A stretch of 64,000 nt of DNA from Caecitellus pseudoparvulus (GCA_965644315.1 CBFFRQ010000080.1:124001-188000), one strand, 5' to 3'. Shown: positions 47,587-60,136, counted from the stretch's first letter. Numbers and translations are program-made. The notes: generated from the letters alone by a model not told the origin.

Positions 47587-49254
47587 ATGCAGAGCAGGGA
47601 GCAGCAAGTGCCCGCACTCCGCCTGCAATCAATTGAGGGCCTAGGGGGTTCGGATCGTGAAAGGTTTTGCTTTCTGTCCTGCTTTGCCTGGCTGCACAGC
47701 GCACCGATGCCGTGTTGCTCGAGGCCCACACACAGGCAACAAAGAGAAAACACAGCCTGCGAAGATCTCCACCAGCGGGAATCGGAAACACGATATGACA
47801 TCTCAGTCATGAAGTGGTCAGGCAACGCTACGCAACGTGTGCTGCAGCACCAACAAGCCATGGTGCCGCGGCCGTCCAGGCCTCGTGCGCAGGCTTCCGT
47901 GCTGCACAGGCGCTGGGCAGGGAAGCGCGCACGGCACACGGACGCTGCGCTGCAAGGAGCATCTCCAGAGGTCCTACGACTGCGCATGCTGGCCGAGAGT
48001 ACGAAGCGCGTGCGGGGTAACCCAAAGACATGGGAGCCAGTGCGGCGACAGGAGGCTGCGGAAACGCAGAAGACGGCTCCAACGCTGCACGTTGCTGGCC
48101 CTCCACGAGACACGGTTGAGATCCAGGTGCCCTCCATAGCATGCACGGTATCTTGTGGACACATCAGCTCTCCAGCCGGTACGGTGCAGCAGCTGCTCGC
48201 CAAGCTGCACGCCACTGCGCAGGGACTTCAAGCAGAGCTGGATGGCGTGCCGGGCCACCCGCCGTGTGGCCTCCCTGACGCCGCCCTTGGGGCGTGGAGT
48301 GAGCTTGTCGCCGCCGCACAAGAGGCAAGACCTGTACAGCATCAACAGCACGCACAGAGCCCACACGCAGAGGTTGAGGCGGCCTGGGATCAACTGCAAG
48401 AGCTTGCCAAGCGGGCCGCCTACCTTGCGGCAGCGCAGGAGCTGGCCCGGTGCAATGGCGAGGAAGCAGACACCGTGTTCATCAACGTGCCTACGCCCAT
48501 CATTGCCCTTGAGCTGCAAGAGGAAGTTCAGCAAGTCCTGGCGCGGCCCGCACCGCCAAGAGCCCACTGCTGCGGCGAGGAAGCGGCTCCAGAGCCAGAC
48601 CAGGCCACACTGGCGGACATCCGTGCTGCCCTGCGTGGCGCAGCTAAGCTTTCAAACTTCGCTGCAATGAACCTGGGCGAAAGGGGCACACAAGAACTGC
48701 TGCTTCCCCTCCTGACCTGCCTGGCAGACCAGTCTGCCAGAGGCCCGCAGGTTGCGAGCGGGCACGCTGCTGGTCGAGTCCTTGGGTCTCCCGAGACAAC
48801 CCCGTGGAGGGAGCTCCTAGCCGCGGTGCAAGCGGGCCCCAGGCCACAGCCTGACACCAAGCTGGTGGCATCCTTGCAGGCCCAGGCGCCCTGCGAAGTG
48901 TGGCTGTTGGAATCTTCGCTCCGCTTATGCCTTGCCGCATGGATGGCGGCGTCAACGTCAGGTGACGCGGGTCTGCACACCTTGGCACAGTGGACTCTGC
49001 AGCTGCTGGCACTTGCTTCCAAAGACAGCCCAGCAAGCACTGTGGAAGTGGCTCTGGCCTTTTTGCGTGCATTGCCCCCCATGGCCCAAGGGGAGCCGTG
49101 CTCTGGTCCCGGCGAGCTTGTGACAGCATTGCATTGCACGCGGCAGCTAGAGTTGACGATGCGAAAGGTGGGCGCCATGCATGACCGGGGAGGCGAGCAG
49201 CCCGCAAGTAAACTTTCTCAGGCGCAAGAGGTGCCGCAGGTGCTGACGCTGTGA
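47587..49254 (+). CDS. Hypothetical helical protein, up to 555 aa
   Basis: Long ORF with Leu/Ala/Gln-rich helical composition in its 3' two-thirds; no family recognised; start and introns uncertain. Confidence 0.55.
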   Translation: MQSREQQVPALRLQSIEGLGGSDRERFCFLSCFAWLHSAPMPCCSRPTHRQQRENTACEDLHQRESETRYDISVMKWSGNATQRVLQHQQAMVPRPSRPRAQASVLHRRWAGKRARHTDAALQGASPEVLRLRMLAESTKRVRGNPKTWEPVRRQEAAETQKTAPTLHVAGPPRDTVEIQVPSIACTVSCGHISSPAGTVQQLLAKLHATAQGLQAELDGVPGHPPCGLPDAALGAWSELVAAAQEARPVQHQQHAQSPHAEVEAAWDQLQELAKRAAYLAAAQELARCNGEEADTVFINVPTPIIALELQEEVQQVLARPAPPRAHCCGEEAAPEPDQATLADIRAALRGAAKLSNFAAMNLGERGTQELLLPLLTCLADQSARGPQVASGHAAGRVLGSPETTPWRELLAAVQAGPRPQPDTKLVASLQAQAPCEVWLLESSLRLCLAAWMAASTSGDAGLHTLAQWTLQLLALASKDSPASTVEVALAFLRALPPMAQGEPCSGPGELVTALHCTRQLELTMRKVGAMHDRGGEQPASKLSQAQEVPQVLTL

Positions 49255-49297
49255 GAAATGCAAGGTCCACTGTGGGAAGGGACCGACACCATCAACT

Positions 49298-49636
49298 TCA
49301 CAGCTTGGTGGCTGGCTGCTGCGTGGGCAGCAGACCATGGCGCTTCTTGCAGGCGACGCGGTGCTTCGAGAACTTGTCATCCGGTGAAAAGCGAGCTGTG
49401 AAAAGCAAATCGAGCCGTGGAAGCGCTCCCCAAGCCGTGCTTCAGGCCCAGGACGTGTTCGCACCTGGATGGGCGGAGAAGGTGGGAGCACCCTCTGGGG
49501 TGGTCTTCTGCGAGGCAAGAGCCACAGAAGCTGAGGTGTGACCGGAATTGCGCGAGGGGGTCATCCCGTGCTCTAAGCGTACCTTCAGCGTGTAAATGCG
49601 CTTGCCGTTGGCATCGCAGTAGTACATGAGGTGCAT
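49298..49636 (-). CDS. NOP10: H/ACA snoRNP subunit NOP10, 3 exons, 64 aa
   Basis: Exons 49636-49583, 49507-49465 and 49395-49298 give [64 protein letters not shown]. Confidence 0.97.
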
Positions 49637-49835
49637 GGCTGGCAAGATGGTGAGTGCGGAAAATGACAACGCTGAGCACAGGGAGGCACAGTTGGCGAGA
49701 GGTGCGGCACCATGAGCATGCAATTTCAAAAGTAGCTCCATCCTACTCGCTGTGCTCTCATGGACATTGCCCAAGGCTTGCTTGTATGCCCCCCGGTCCC
49801 CCCCTGAGCCACAGCCAGCAGCACCCCCTTCCGCC

Positions 49836-51389
49836 ATGGGGTGTGCATCAAGCACGCCTGCCGTGCCCCCCAGCGGCATGTCAAGGCAAGCGTCCGTCTT
49901 GAAGTTCATTCCTGATCAGGTTCGTTTACAGGCTGCAGCCCAGCCCTGCCCTGCCTCTGGCTGAGCCTGCTAGGCCTGGCGGGAGTGTGCTCAGCCTCAC
50001 CTGCACACCACGCCAGCGGGCACTCTGCCGTGACCCGCCCCTCCACAGTTCTCCAACTTGGAGCAACTGCAGGATGCCCTGCGCCAAGGCGGCCTTGAGA
50101 GCTCTCAGCTGGTCCGTGCCGCCTTGCTGTCGTGCATTGCGTTGCCTTGAAGCCGCTTCAGGAAGCGAGCCCCTGCTCCGCGTCCAGATTCTGGGAGTTG
50201 ACTTCACGAAGAGCAATGAGTGGACTGGCAAGCGCTCCTTTGGAGGACGCAGCTTGCATGACACGTCTTTCAGCACCAATCCGTACCGGGAGGCCATCAA
50301 GGTGATCGGCAAGACCCTGGAGGTCTTCGATGATGACCGCCTCATCCCTGCGTACGGCTTTGGCACTGCGGAGACTGGCGCAGACAAGCTCGTTTCCTTT
50401 AACCCCGAGGAGCGGCCCTGTCACGCCTTCCAGGAAGTGGAGCAGCGCTATTTGCAACTGGCCCAGTGCCTACACTTTGTGAGTGTGCGCAGCTGCCTCC
50501 TGCGCCGTGCACGCCAGCTCACGTGCTGTCTTCCCCTGCACAGGCTGGACCCACCACCTTTGCCCCCATCATCCGTAAGGCGTGTGAAATCACGTCCCAG
50601 TCTGGTGGGCAGTACCATGTCCTCATCATCGTCGCTGATGGCCAGGTGACGCGTCCCACTTCCACTCCTGAGGGCCAGCTCTCCTCCTTCGAGCAGGACA
50701 CGGTGAACGCCATCGTGGAGGCAGCAAACTTTCCCCTCTCCATCGTCATGGTTGGGGTAGGGGACGGCCCATGGGACACCATGACTGCCTTTGATGACGC
50801 CATTCCTCATCGCAAGTGGGACAACTGGCAGACAGTCATCATGGATGCCTCACTTGCCAAGCGCGGCGGCTCACTGGAGTACTGCCCACCCGCCGCTGAG
50901 GCGCAGTTCGCACTGGACGCCCTCATGGAGGTGCCTGACCAGTACCAAATCACGCAGCGCCTGAACATCCTGTGGAAGACGCGCGGCATCAACCACAGCC
51001 CTGTGCCCATTGTGCCCCCTCCGGATGGAGGAGGTGCTCCGCCAGGCCAACAGCAGGGCCCCTACCCTGGTGGCCCAGGTGGCTCTGGCGGCCCTGGCCC
51101 TTATCCTCCCGGCCCAGGTGGCCCTGGCCCTTACCCTCCTGGCCCCAGTGGTGGCTCAGCCCCGTACCCTGGCGGGCCATCAGGCGGCGGTGGACCTGCA
51201 CCGTACCCGCCTGGTGCTGGCGGATCTGGACCCCCCCCTCAAGCAGCAGGCCCCGGACCCAGCCCGTATCCGCCTGGCCCATCAGCTCCTGGTGCGGGCA
51301 GCACAGGGCCGCCGTTCCCCCCTGGCCCAGGCGGTGCAGGCGGGTCAGCGCCGCCTCCTGGCTATGGCAGCGAGAGTGCCACCTTGTGA
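49836..51389 (+). CDS. RGLG/copine-type vWA protein with myristoylation-type N-terminus and Pro/Gly/Tyr tail, multi-exon
   Basis: MGCASS; ALRQGGLESSQL|ILGVDFTKSNEWTGKRSF; IPAYGFG; GPTTFAP; GQYHVLIIVADGQV; PLSIVMVGVGDGPW; FALDALMEVPDQY. Confidence 0.9.
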
Positions 51390-51535
51390 TTGGCAAGGCA
51401 GGCCTGTCTTGAGAAACGTGATCATGGGCAAGGGGCTGCTGTGTTCTGTGTTCGGCCCGTTGTTCTGTCACACTGTGCGTGCAGCAGGAGAGGGAAGCTG
51501 GCTCAGCTGCGGGAGACATCACGCAATGCATTCCT

Positions 51536-52099
51536 TCACTCATCCTTCTCCACCCCCGCGAAGGCCTGGTCAAAGGTGCCCAGGTCTTTGTTGCTCTCCA
51601 CAAGCTCGTTGATGGCGTCAAAGTCCCCCACAAAGGTGGTCGTGTCGCCTTCTTGGAGAAAAACCTGACGTGTGGGGGTACTGCTGCTTGTCGGCACCGC
51701 TTGAGGGAGGCGAAGCTCGCCATACACACCTGAGGGTACTTGCCACGCAGCCCAGAAACCTCAAACAAGGAGTTCCGAGTGGCTTTCAGCTCAGGATCAC
51801 AGCCATCCACCATGTCATACTTTACTTTGTAGGCTGTGTGGAGAGGGGGCGTGGGTTGGCTTGAGCAGGTGTGAGAAGCCACCACGCCAACAGCAACGAG
51901 TGACATGGCGCACCCTTCAACCAATGCTGGATCTTGGTGGTCTTGTCTTGCACACCAGGATCTGCCGTCATGGTAGCCCACAGTACTATGCACTGCGCAA
52001 AGCACAACATGCAAAGAAGTGCGGAGGGAGGGGATGCCAATGCGCTGGAGCCGCCCCACACACCTTCTTCGTGCCTGCTGCATCGGCTGACGACGCCAT
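51536..52099 (-). CDS. SH3BGR/glutaredoxin-like small protein, 4 exons
   Basis: Spliced MASSADAAGTKK|CIVLWATMTADPGVQDKTTKIQHWLK|AYKVKYDMVDG..RNSLFEVSG..YPQ|VFL..FVGDFDAINELVES; no CxxC motif. Confidence 0.8.
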
Positions 52100-52418
52100 G
52101 CTGAAAGGAAGGCTTGCAGCTGAAGTGCGCTAAGAAACCAGTGGAGGCATGTGAGTCCTGTGAGCAGACATGGCCGAGAATGGGAGGACAAAGGAGAAAT
52201 TGCACACAGCAAGGCGACTGTCTCACTCAAAGCACTCCCAGCTGGATGCTTCCACACACAGCGCAAAACTCACCCCTTGCACATGATACCTACTAGGTGT
52301 AGTCGCTCTTCGTATGTGCCTTGGCTTCCTAACACGCCCTCTGAGCTCTCCAGCTGAAAAAGTGACGCGGCGCAAGCCGCACACCTGAGACCGCTGTGCA
52401 TCTCCACACGGAGGCACG

Positions 52419-54805
52419 ATGGATGAAGGGAAGGTCAAGAGCATCGAGGCAGCATGCCTTGAATCCATTAAGGGGGTCAATGGCATCACTGAGTTACTTG
52501 AAGTCGTGCAGTCTGCCACAGCGCAGGTGAGTTGTGTTCGCGTGTGCGGAAATTGGTACATGCTCGCACGCCTTTCTTCCAATTGCAGAGCACGAAGCAA
52601 GCTGTGCCAGCGCTCCACGCCCTTCGGCGGATTTTCACGTACTATCTCCAGGCTGGGCTCATGCCGCGAGCTTCATCGCTCGCGACACCCTCGCAGCAGG
52701 GGTCAAAAAAGAAGCGCTCTCGAAAAGACGCTGCTGGTGCGGTGGCTGGCTGGCTGCACAGTAAGCTAGCCTCCCTAGTGCAGACACTCACGGGAGCAGG
52801 ATGGCTACACTCTCCTCGGGCCAAAAGCCGAGTGCTGTCGCTGCGCACAATCGTGCACTTCGTGGCCCACGGCCCTGCTGTCCCAAGTGCCACAGACGCT
52901 GGCACGCTCCGCCCGACTTTCGACAAGCAGCACCTGGACTGCCTTGTCCAAGGGCTCACTCAGCCTCCTACACTTCAGCCTGCACCTGCCTCGTCGGTGC
53001 ACCAGTGGCTTCCTGCGGGTGACGTGCTGGATGCGCTTGTTGAAGAGTTTGCTGACGAGTACGATGACTTCCGCTTGCAGCTGCTGCAAGCGGTGCAGCG
53101 GGCGGCAGTAGAGGCGAGTCAGAAACCATCGAGCACTTCAGAGCACGAAAGTGGCGACGTTCAGACCACTGCTGTCTGCCTGCATGAGCTGCTAAGCAGG
53201 GTGAGCGTGCCACCATCCGAAGCAGCCTGGGGACCGCGATCCTTCATCGTCCCACCAGACGTCACTGCAGACGCCGAGGCCAGTGGAGCAGATGGGAAGG
53301 GCGAAAGCGGGGACGACAGCGCTGCTGGGGCTGAAGAGGAAGAAGATGCGGCCTACGTCGCCGTGCATGGCAGTTCAGGCGCAGGGCTGGCAGCCGCTGC
53401 TGCCCAGTTCAGCCGTCGAGGGCGCAAGGCCCAGCGAAAACGCAAACGGGAATCTTTGAAAGCTGTCACTGGTGGGGTGGTCGCGGCCAGCGCGGGGAGC
53501 TTGACCAGCCAGCACCGCAGCTTCCAGGACGCGTGGCTGGCAGTTCTGCGGCTGCCCTTGCCGCGGGCCACGTTGAAGCGCGTGCTCAGCAGCCTGGAGG
53601 GGGACATCCTCCCAACGGTCGTGAACCCGCTGCTGTTCGCAGACTTTCTCTCTGCTGCCTACAGCACTGGTGGTGTCATTGCCCTGCTGTCCTTGGAAGC
53701 CCTGTGGCACCTCATGTCCCACCATGGGCTGGAGTACCCCTCCTTCTACGCAAAGCTGTACGCCCTGCTGACGCAGGGCAACTTGGTGGCGCGGTACAAT
53801 GGCCGGTTTATGGCCCTGCTGGACATGTTCCTCTCCTCTGCTGCACTGCCTGCGTACTTGGTTGCCGCCTTCGCGAAGCGCCTGGCTCGCCTGGCGGTGC
53901 GGGGTCCACCCACCGTCGCCTGCCTGGCGTTGCCGCTCATGTACAACGCCCTGAAGCGGCACCCCGCCTGCACGCCACTGTTGCACAGGGCTATGCCAAA
54001 GATCGGCCGAGTCCCGCAGCTGTCCAAGTCCTTGCCAGGAGCTGCTGAGGCGGTGGCTGGGTCCAGAGTGCCGCCCCTGTCTATTGCAGGTGGCGTCTGG
54101 GAAGACCCCTTCCACGAAGAAGCAGACGACCCAGCCAAAGCAAATGCCTTGGCCAGCCAGCTGTGGGAAATTGTGGCGCTGCAGTCGCACTGGTCGCCCC
54201 AGGTTGCGCGCCTGGCGGAGCTGTTCGGGCAGGCCATGACGCGGAAGGAGTTCAACGTCTCCCAAGCCACAGCCAACACATTCAGCACACTCATGAAAGG
54301 CGCTCTGCGCCCAGTGGCTGCGGCACCTGCAAGTCACAGTGCACGCGGCCGCCCTGGGCGCAAGCATGACCGCCGGAGGAAGCGTGTCAGCGGCGAGGCA
54401 GCTCTTTCAGCGCTCAGTGCGACGCCCTTGGCCATCCACACCCAAGACAGCGTCGGAGATGCCGTGCGGGATGTGGCACTTGTGACAGGGGCAGGGGACG
54501 ATGGGTGGGAAGGGAACCCGTACTTCCTGAAGCCAATCACGGCTGGCGAAGATGAGGAGGAGGGTGCCCGTGACGGTGAAATCCTTGCACCGCCGACACT
54601 GCCAGACAGTGACGGAGAGCCCGAGCCTGAGGAGGAAGGGAGCACACCCACGAAGTCAGGTGACGGCTTGGCAATGCCTGGGGGGGCGCATGGCGTCCCC
54701 TTTGGAGCTGCGACGATCGGGTCGTTGGAGGCAATGTCGCTTGCTGTTGGCCTTGGTACGCGCAGCGTGAACTTGCTGCCGCACATTCTAGACTTTGGCT
54801 CGTGA
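52419..54805 (+). CDS. NOC4: Nucleolar complex protein 4 (CBF/Mak21 domain)
   Basis: FQDAWLAVL, PLLFADFL..AY..GG..LLSL, LEYPSFYAKLYALL, FLSSAALPAYLVAAFAKRLARL, NALASQLWE. Exon 1 from ATG 52419 ends at a GTGAGT donor. Confidence 0.93.
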
Positions 54806-54977
54806 AGTCCCGAATGCAACCCAAAACAAACCTGCGCACAAGCCCTCACGCAATGCACGCCGCACTTCGCCACCCCCCGGTGCGCCGACAAAACACAGCC
54901 AGCCAGCCTGGCCCGCCTGAGCAGCTCAGCTGCCACCACGAAACGCCAGTCAAACCGACACCTGCACCGTGCGCGCC

Positions 54978-55667
54978 ATGCCGCTCACTCAAGACGAAAT
55001 CGACGGCTGCCGCGATGCGTTCCTGGCCTACGACAAGGATCACAGCGGATCCATTGAGGTGTGGGAGCTCAAGGAAGTGCTGGAGGGTGGGTCCAGGCCG
55101 GGCCTGGTTCAAGAAGTTTCGCGAGAGTTTTGCACCACCTCGCCCGCCTCCCACGCCCGCTCTCAGCCATGGGACAACACCCTACCGAGGAGGAGCTCTT
55201 CCAGATGATCAGTGAAGTTGACGAGAATGCCAGTGGCTCCATCGGTGCGTGCTTTCTCTTCCTGGGGTGCCTGCGATGACGAGTGCCGCAGCTAGGCAGC
55301 GGCCAACAATGCTTGGCTCCTCCTCGTGCAACAGACTTTGGCGAGTTCCTCAAGGTCATCGAAAAGCAGAAGGAACGCTCCTCCCACTTTGATGAGGAGA
55401 CGGACTTCGGTAAGGTGTCCTGGCGCATCGTCCGGGCTGCCTGCCAAGCGGCGCTTCATGGTGCAAACCTTCTGCAACGCAGTGGATGCCTTCGTCGCCT
55501 GTGGCGGCAACTCTGACAAGAGCGGGCACGTCCGCCGCGAGACCTTGGTGAAGATCGTGAAAGAGGACTTTGGTCTCACCATTGACATTGAGAAACTCAT
55601 CGACGACATTGACGAAGACCGGTCGGGGGAGATCGAATACGCAGAGTTCAAGCAGCTCCTCTCTTGA
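54978..55667 (+). CDS. Calmodulin-like outer-arm dynein light chain LC4 (18 kDa, EF-hand), 4 exons
   Basis: CRDAFLAYDKDHSGSI, MGQHPTEEELFQMISEVD, DAFVACGGNSDKSG, DFGLTIDIEKLI..DEDRSGEIEYAEFKQLLS. Confidence 0.85.
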
Positions 55668-55943
55668 GCGCCCAGCTGCCTAGTGTGATCGACGTGGTGG
55701 CTCCTTGGTGAGGTTCTTGAAGGAGGTTCAGGTGCCGTTGGCTGCGCGCACACCTGCCCTCTCGCACAGTGTATCATGTGCAAGCGGACCCTGTCCCCAG
55801 GCGAGGTTTGTGAGACAACCGCTGGAATGGCAGACTCCAAGCCTCAAATTCAATTGAACAAAGAGGCTGCACGGCGGATGTGCCTCTCGCCGTCTTGCAC
55901 AGGGCCACGTCGCCCTCCCCTCCGTACCCGAAGCGCCTTCAGG

Positions 55944-58536
55944 ATGCCAGCATCACCAGCTTCGGCAGCGCTGCCCCTCGTTGAGCTTGTGGAGGGCAGT
56001 GCAGGCGACGAGCAGGGCAAGTTCAGCTTGAACCCCGAGGCTGCCGAGCTGTTGGCTTCGTGGCAAGAGGACATTGTCGTTGTCGCCATTGCTGGTGCGT
56101 AGGCGCTACTTGCGGTGGCCGCGACACAAATCCCGCACCTCTGCTCCCACCCTGACCGCAGGCGCCTACCGCTTGGGCAAGTCGTTTCTGTTGAATTGCC
56201 TCGCAGAGTGTGCGCTTGTTCCTGACCCTGTAGCTTCGCAAACGCCCCCCTCCGCCGCCTTCGCCGTCAGCGCTTCAACAAGTGCCTGCACAAAGGGAAT
56301 TTGGATGCACCACGCCTTGCACCAGTGCCAAGTCGCTGGCAAGCCGGCGAAGGTCTTGTTCATCGACACTGAAGGTCTCTTCTCGCCGGCTGCCTCTCAA
56401 GAGCACGATGCCCGGGTTTTCGCGCTCACTCTTCTCCTCGCTCACGCACTCGTGTACAACGGCTCGAAGGCCATCACGGATGGAGAGATCGAGAACCTCG
56501 CCCTGGCCGCCAGATTCATGCGCAGCATCAGGGCAGCGTCCTCTGGCGGCCATGTTCCGCCTCCAGCCAGTCTTGTGTGGGCCAGTCGAAACTGGCAGCA
56601 TGACCTGGTCGATGCCGAAGGCTGTGCCTTGACCCCAAACCAGTACCTGGAAGACCAGCTGGCTGTGCGGGAGCACGACTTCAAACCTGAAGCCGCCCAA
56701 GCCCGGGAATCCAGAAAGGTCCTGCAGCAGGTCTTTCCTCGCAGAGCCTTTGTCGCCCTGCCTCGCCCCGTTTCCTCCGAGGAAGGCCTGGCCAAGCTCC
56801 CCACCGCCGCTCTGTCAGATGTGGAGCCTGCATTCCTGCTTGCCTTAGATACACTCACCGCGGTGCTCTTTGGTGAGGGCAACACGCGCCGATCAAGCGC
56901 CCCTGTGGAAGACGTCGAGAGCACCTCCCTCGCGGAACCACACAGAGGAGCCCGCACCACTGGCCCCATGCTGCTGGAGCTCATTACGTCCTTCGTCGCT
57001 GCCTTGAATGAGGGGGGTGTTCCAGACATGTCCTCCGCATGGAGCGCGGCCACCAAGCAAGCTGCTTCTGACATGATGCACCGGGCACAACAAGCAGCCC
57101 TTGACACGCCCCCTCCAAACCCCTCAGCAGGCCCCATGGCGTGGCTGCACTGGCATGCCAGCTGCAAGAACCCTGCCCTGGCACAACTGCAGCAGGTCAT
57201 GCGAGAATATCCGGATGCTCGGGGCTCCAGCTCATTTCCGAAGGTGGGTATCTTGCCAGTGCCAGACAGCTTCCCTGCGCTTGGTGCATGCTGCAGTGTG
57301 GAGGAGGCGGCAGCGATGCTGCTTGGGGCCAGCAAGAGTTCAGGGCCCAGCACCATGAGCACTGACGTGAGTGCTTGGGTGTCCCACAGCAGTGTGGTGG
57401 ATGGCTGGCTCGCTGCGGGTCCGCTCCCTGTCCTCGTGGACATGCCCATCATGCAGCATGCCTGCAGCACCCTGCAGCGTAATTTGGCAACCCGCTTCGC
57501 GAACGAACTCCACAATGCTCAACTGAGCTGCAGCCACCCCCACAGTGCGCTGGATGGCGTGCAAGGGCTTGTGAAGTCCACACAAGAAGCCGTGGAAGAT
57601 GCCTACGCAGTAGGTGAGAGTGCTTCCAGTGCAGAACCTGGCACAGGTTCGGTGGACCCGACACCCGTGCGCCAAGCCCTTGTGGAAGCAGAGGAAGCAG
57701 TGTGGTCCAGCTGCAATAGTGCCTGTGAGTCGGGGCTTTTTCCCAGCAGTGCCCTGGAGGCTGCCGCAGGCGCACACACCAGGGCTGTGCATTCACTCAT
57801 GGGCAGCCTGCAGGTCTGCACCGCAAGGCACCTTGACGGCTGTCGGGCAATGTGGCAAGCGGCTGGAGACAGCGCAGAGGCAGAGTTGCGACGAGAGGAG
57901 GGCGCTGGCCAGCAAACTCAGGCAGAAGTTGACTCCTTGGAAGTACAGCTGCTTGAGTCGCAAGGTCAGCAAGCAGAGGCAGATGCAGAGCTCGCAGCTG
58001 CCAAAGCACACCTCATGGCTGCGCAAGCGGAAGCAAGGAGGGCTCGAGACGAGCTTGATGATGCGCACAGTGCGCTGGCAGTGGAGCTGGCGGAGGTGGA
58101 GGCAGAAATCCGGCTGAAGGAGATCCACGTGCAGAGCCAGCAGCGCCAGCTACAGAGCAGGCGGGGAGCTGAAGCTATCAAGACTGCCCAGAAGCAAGCA
58201 GAGGAAGAAGCAGCCCAGGAGCATGCCATGCGGGCAGCTCTGTCAGCCGCTGACCAAGCCCAGCACCTGCACGAGCATGGCCAGGGAGCCGACAAGCGGG
58301 GCAAAACCTCACGCAACCCGGCTGTGGCCCCACGTGCGCGCGATGCTTTCCACAGGGCAGGGCGGGCGCCCAGTGATCTAGCAGAGTATGAGTTGGACTC
58401 TGACTCTGAGCAAGAGCCAGAACCGGGGCCGGCACCTGCGCCGCCCCCACCGCCTGCCCCAGCGCCGGCACCAGCACCAGAAGAAATCAAGGAACCAGAG
58501 ACTGCATCTGCTGGTTGCGGGTGCACCATCCAGTGA
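55944..58536 (+). CDS. Guanylate-binding protein (GBP/atlastin family) GTPase with coiled coil and C-terminal CaaX
   Basis: VVVAIAG|AYRLGKS (intron 56095-56161), CTKGIWM, IDTEGL, DARVFAL, TPNQYLE; ends GCGCTIQ. Alternative in-frame ATG at 55827. Confidence 0.9.
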
Positions 58537-58557
58537 CGCTGTCCCAGCTGCGCCCGC

Positions 58558-60136
58558 CTACCGTTCGGCAGGCTGCACCACGTTTAAGTCACTTTCTACC
58601 GCTCGCATGCAGCCTGCCCAGGCGGCAGTCACGATGGAAGACAGGTGCCCCTTGCCGTGCATCTCATGCAAGATGCTACCTTTCAGGCTGGTGGCCAGCT
58701 CCTGGGCTTGCGCGAAGGGTACGACAGGGTCCAGGGTGCCATGCCAGAAGTGCAGTCGGGGCGAGTCAGGTGACAACCCCTCGAAGCTGCCCAGCCCCTG
58801 CTTGCCTCGAGCGCGGCTGAGGCACGCCCACCGCTGAGCAGTAGCAGCTGACACATGCTCCACAATGGACACCTCACCGCAGGTCCGAGCTCGCTGGAGT
58901 GGTGGGACGGCAGTCGAGGCGTCAGTAGAATCACTGCGAGGGGCACCTGGTGGCGCAGCTCCGTGGTCGGGGACGCTTGGCGCGTCAGCCAGCCCCAGCC
59001 AGCCGTCCACCTCTTGGGGCTGCACAGGGAAAGGGGCAAAGCCCCAGCACACCCGCATGTCTTGCATGAGACCCTGTGTGCCATGTCGCAGCGCCTCCCG
59101 GGTGTTGGCCACAAGCCTGCTCTGGTCTAGGATGGCCTCCAGAGCCTCATCCAGTGGAGATTTGGACGTGCCTGCCTTGCGCACGAGGGGTGATAGGGCC
59201 GCCCGCACCTTGGCCCACGTTGCTGGCGTCGCTTCCCACGCAAACATGCGAAAAGCCCGCAGGGCCGTAGCAGTGACGGCTCTGCCTGGGGCGGTGTCCA
59301 TGAGGGCACGCACGATCGGCGACGACACAGCCTCCTTGCCCGGTACGACGCCTCCCAAGGCGGTTGCACTTCGTAAGCGGCCAGGTGCGAGGTTTGGCAA
59401 GTGGGCTGCGCAGGCTGTGGCGTACAGCCCGCCCACTGAGATGCCCATGACTGCGAAACGCTCCAAGCCCAGCTTGTCTGCCAGCTCCAGGACGTCCATA
59501 GTGACCGTTTCAACCAATTCGTGCTCGCTTTCTACGGCATCTGACAGCCCATAGCCGGGACGGTCCATGGCGATGACTCGCAGGCCGGGCTGGCGTCCCA
59601 TAGCCTCCAGGTCCAGGGAGTCTGCCAAGGGGCATGCATGGCCGTTGAGGGGAAGCACATCCCCGAAGGCTGCTAACTCTAGACGACTGCCCCCTGTGAG
59701 AGGGGGGGGGTGGATGCCGTGTGCGGTGCACGCAGGCCGTTGGCCTCTGCGAGCGCAGGAGCCTGGGCTCACCTCCGGAATGCAGGTACAGCACTGGTGC
59801 GCCGTCAGGGTCGCCGTACTCTGCCACGGCCAAGTGTCGCCCATCTCGGAGCTGGACAACATACTGCTGTCGCACCCTCTGGAGTAGGCAGGCAGGTGCA
59901 TCCTGCAGAGCAGCCCACTTGGTGTGGGCAACTTCACTTGGCGTGGTGGCAGGGCAGTGTGTGGGCCGTATTGCTCGCGGCTCCACAGCATCAAGTGCAC
60001 GTGGTAGAGGTGGTGGTTCCCACCCTGCAGCCAGCTCGTGGGGCGGAGGGGGGGCATATGTCCATACCGTCGCCACTCCAGCTGCAGCTGCTGCCGAAAC
60101 TGCGAGGCCTGTGCCGCGCAGAGCTCGGCCGAGCAT
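58558..60136 (-). CDS. Alpha/beta hydrolase, 2 exons
   Basis: VQLRDGRHLAVAEYGDPDGAPVLYLH, intron, then GSRLE, DRPGYGLSD, GISVGG nucleophile elbow, WHGTLDPVVP, GKGHL. Confidence 0.9.
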
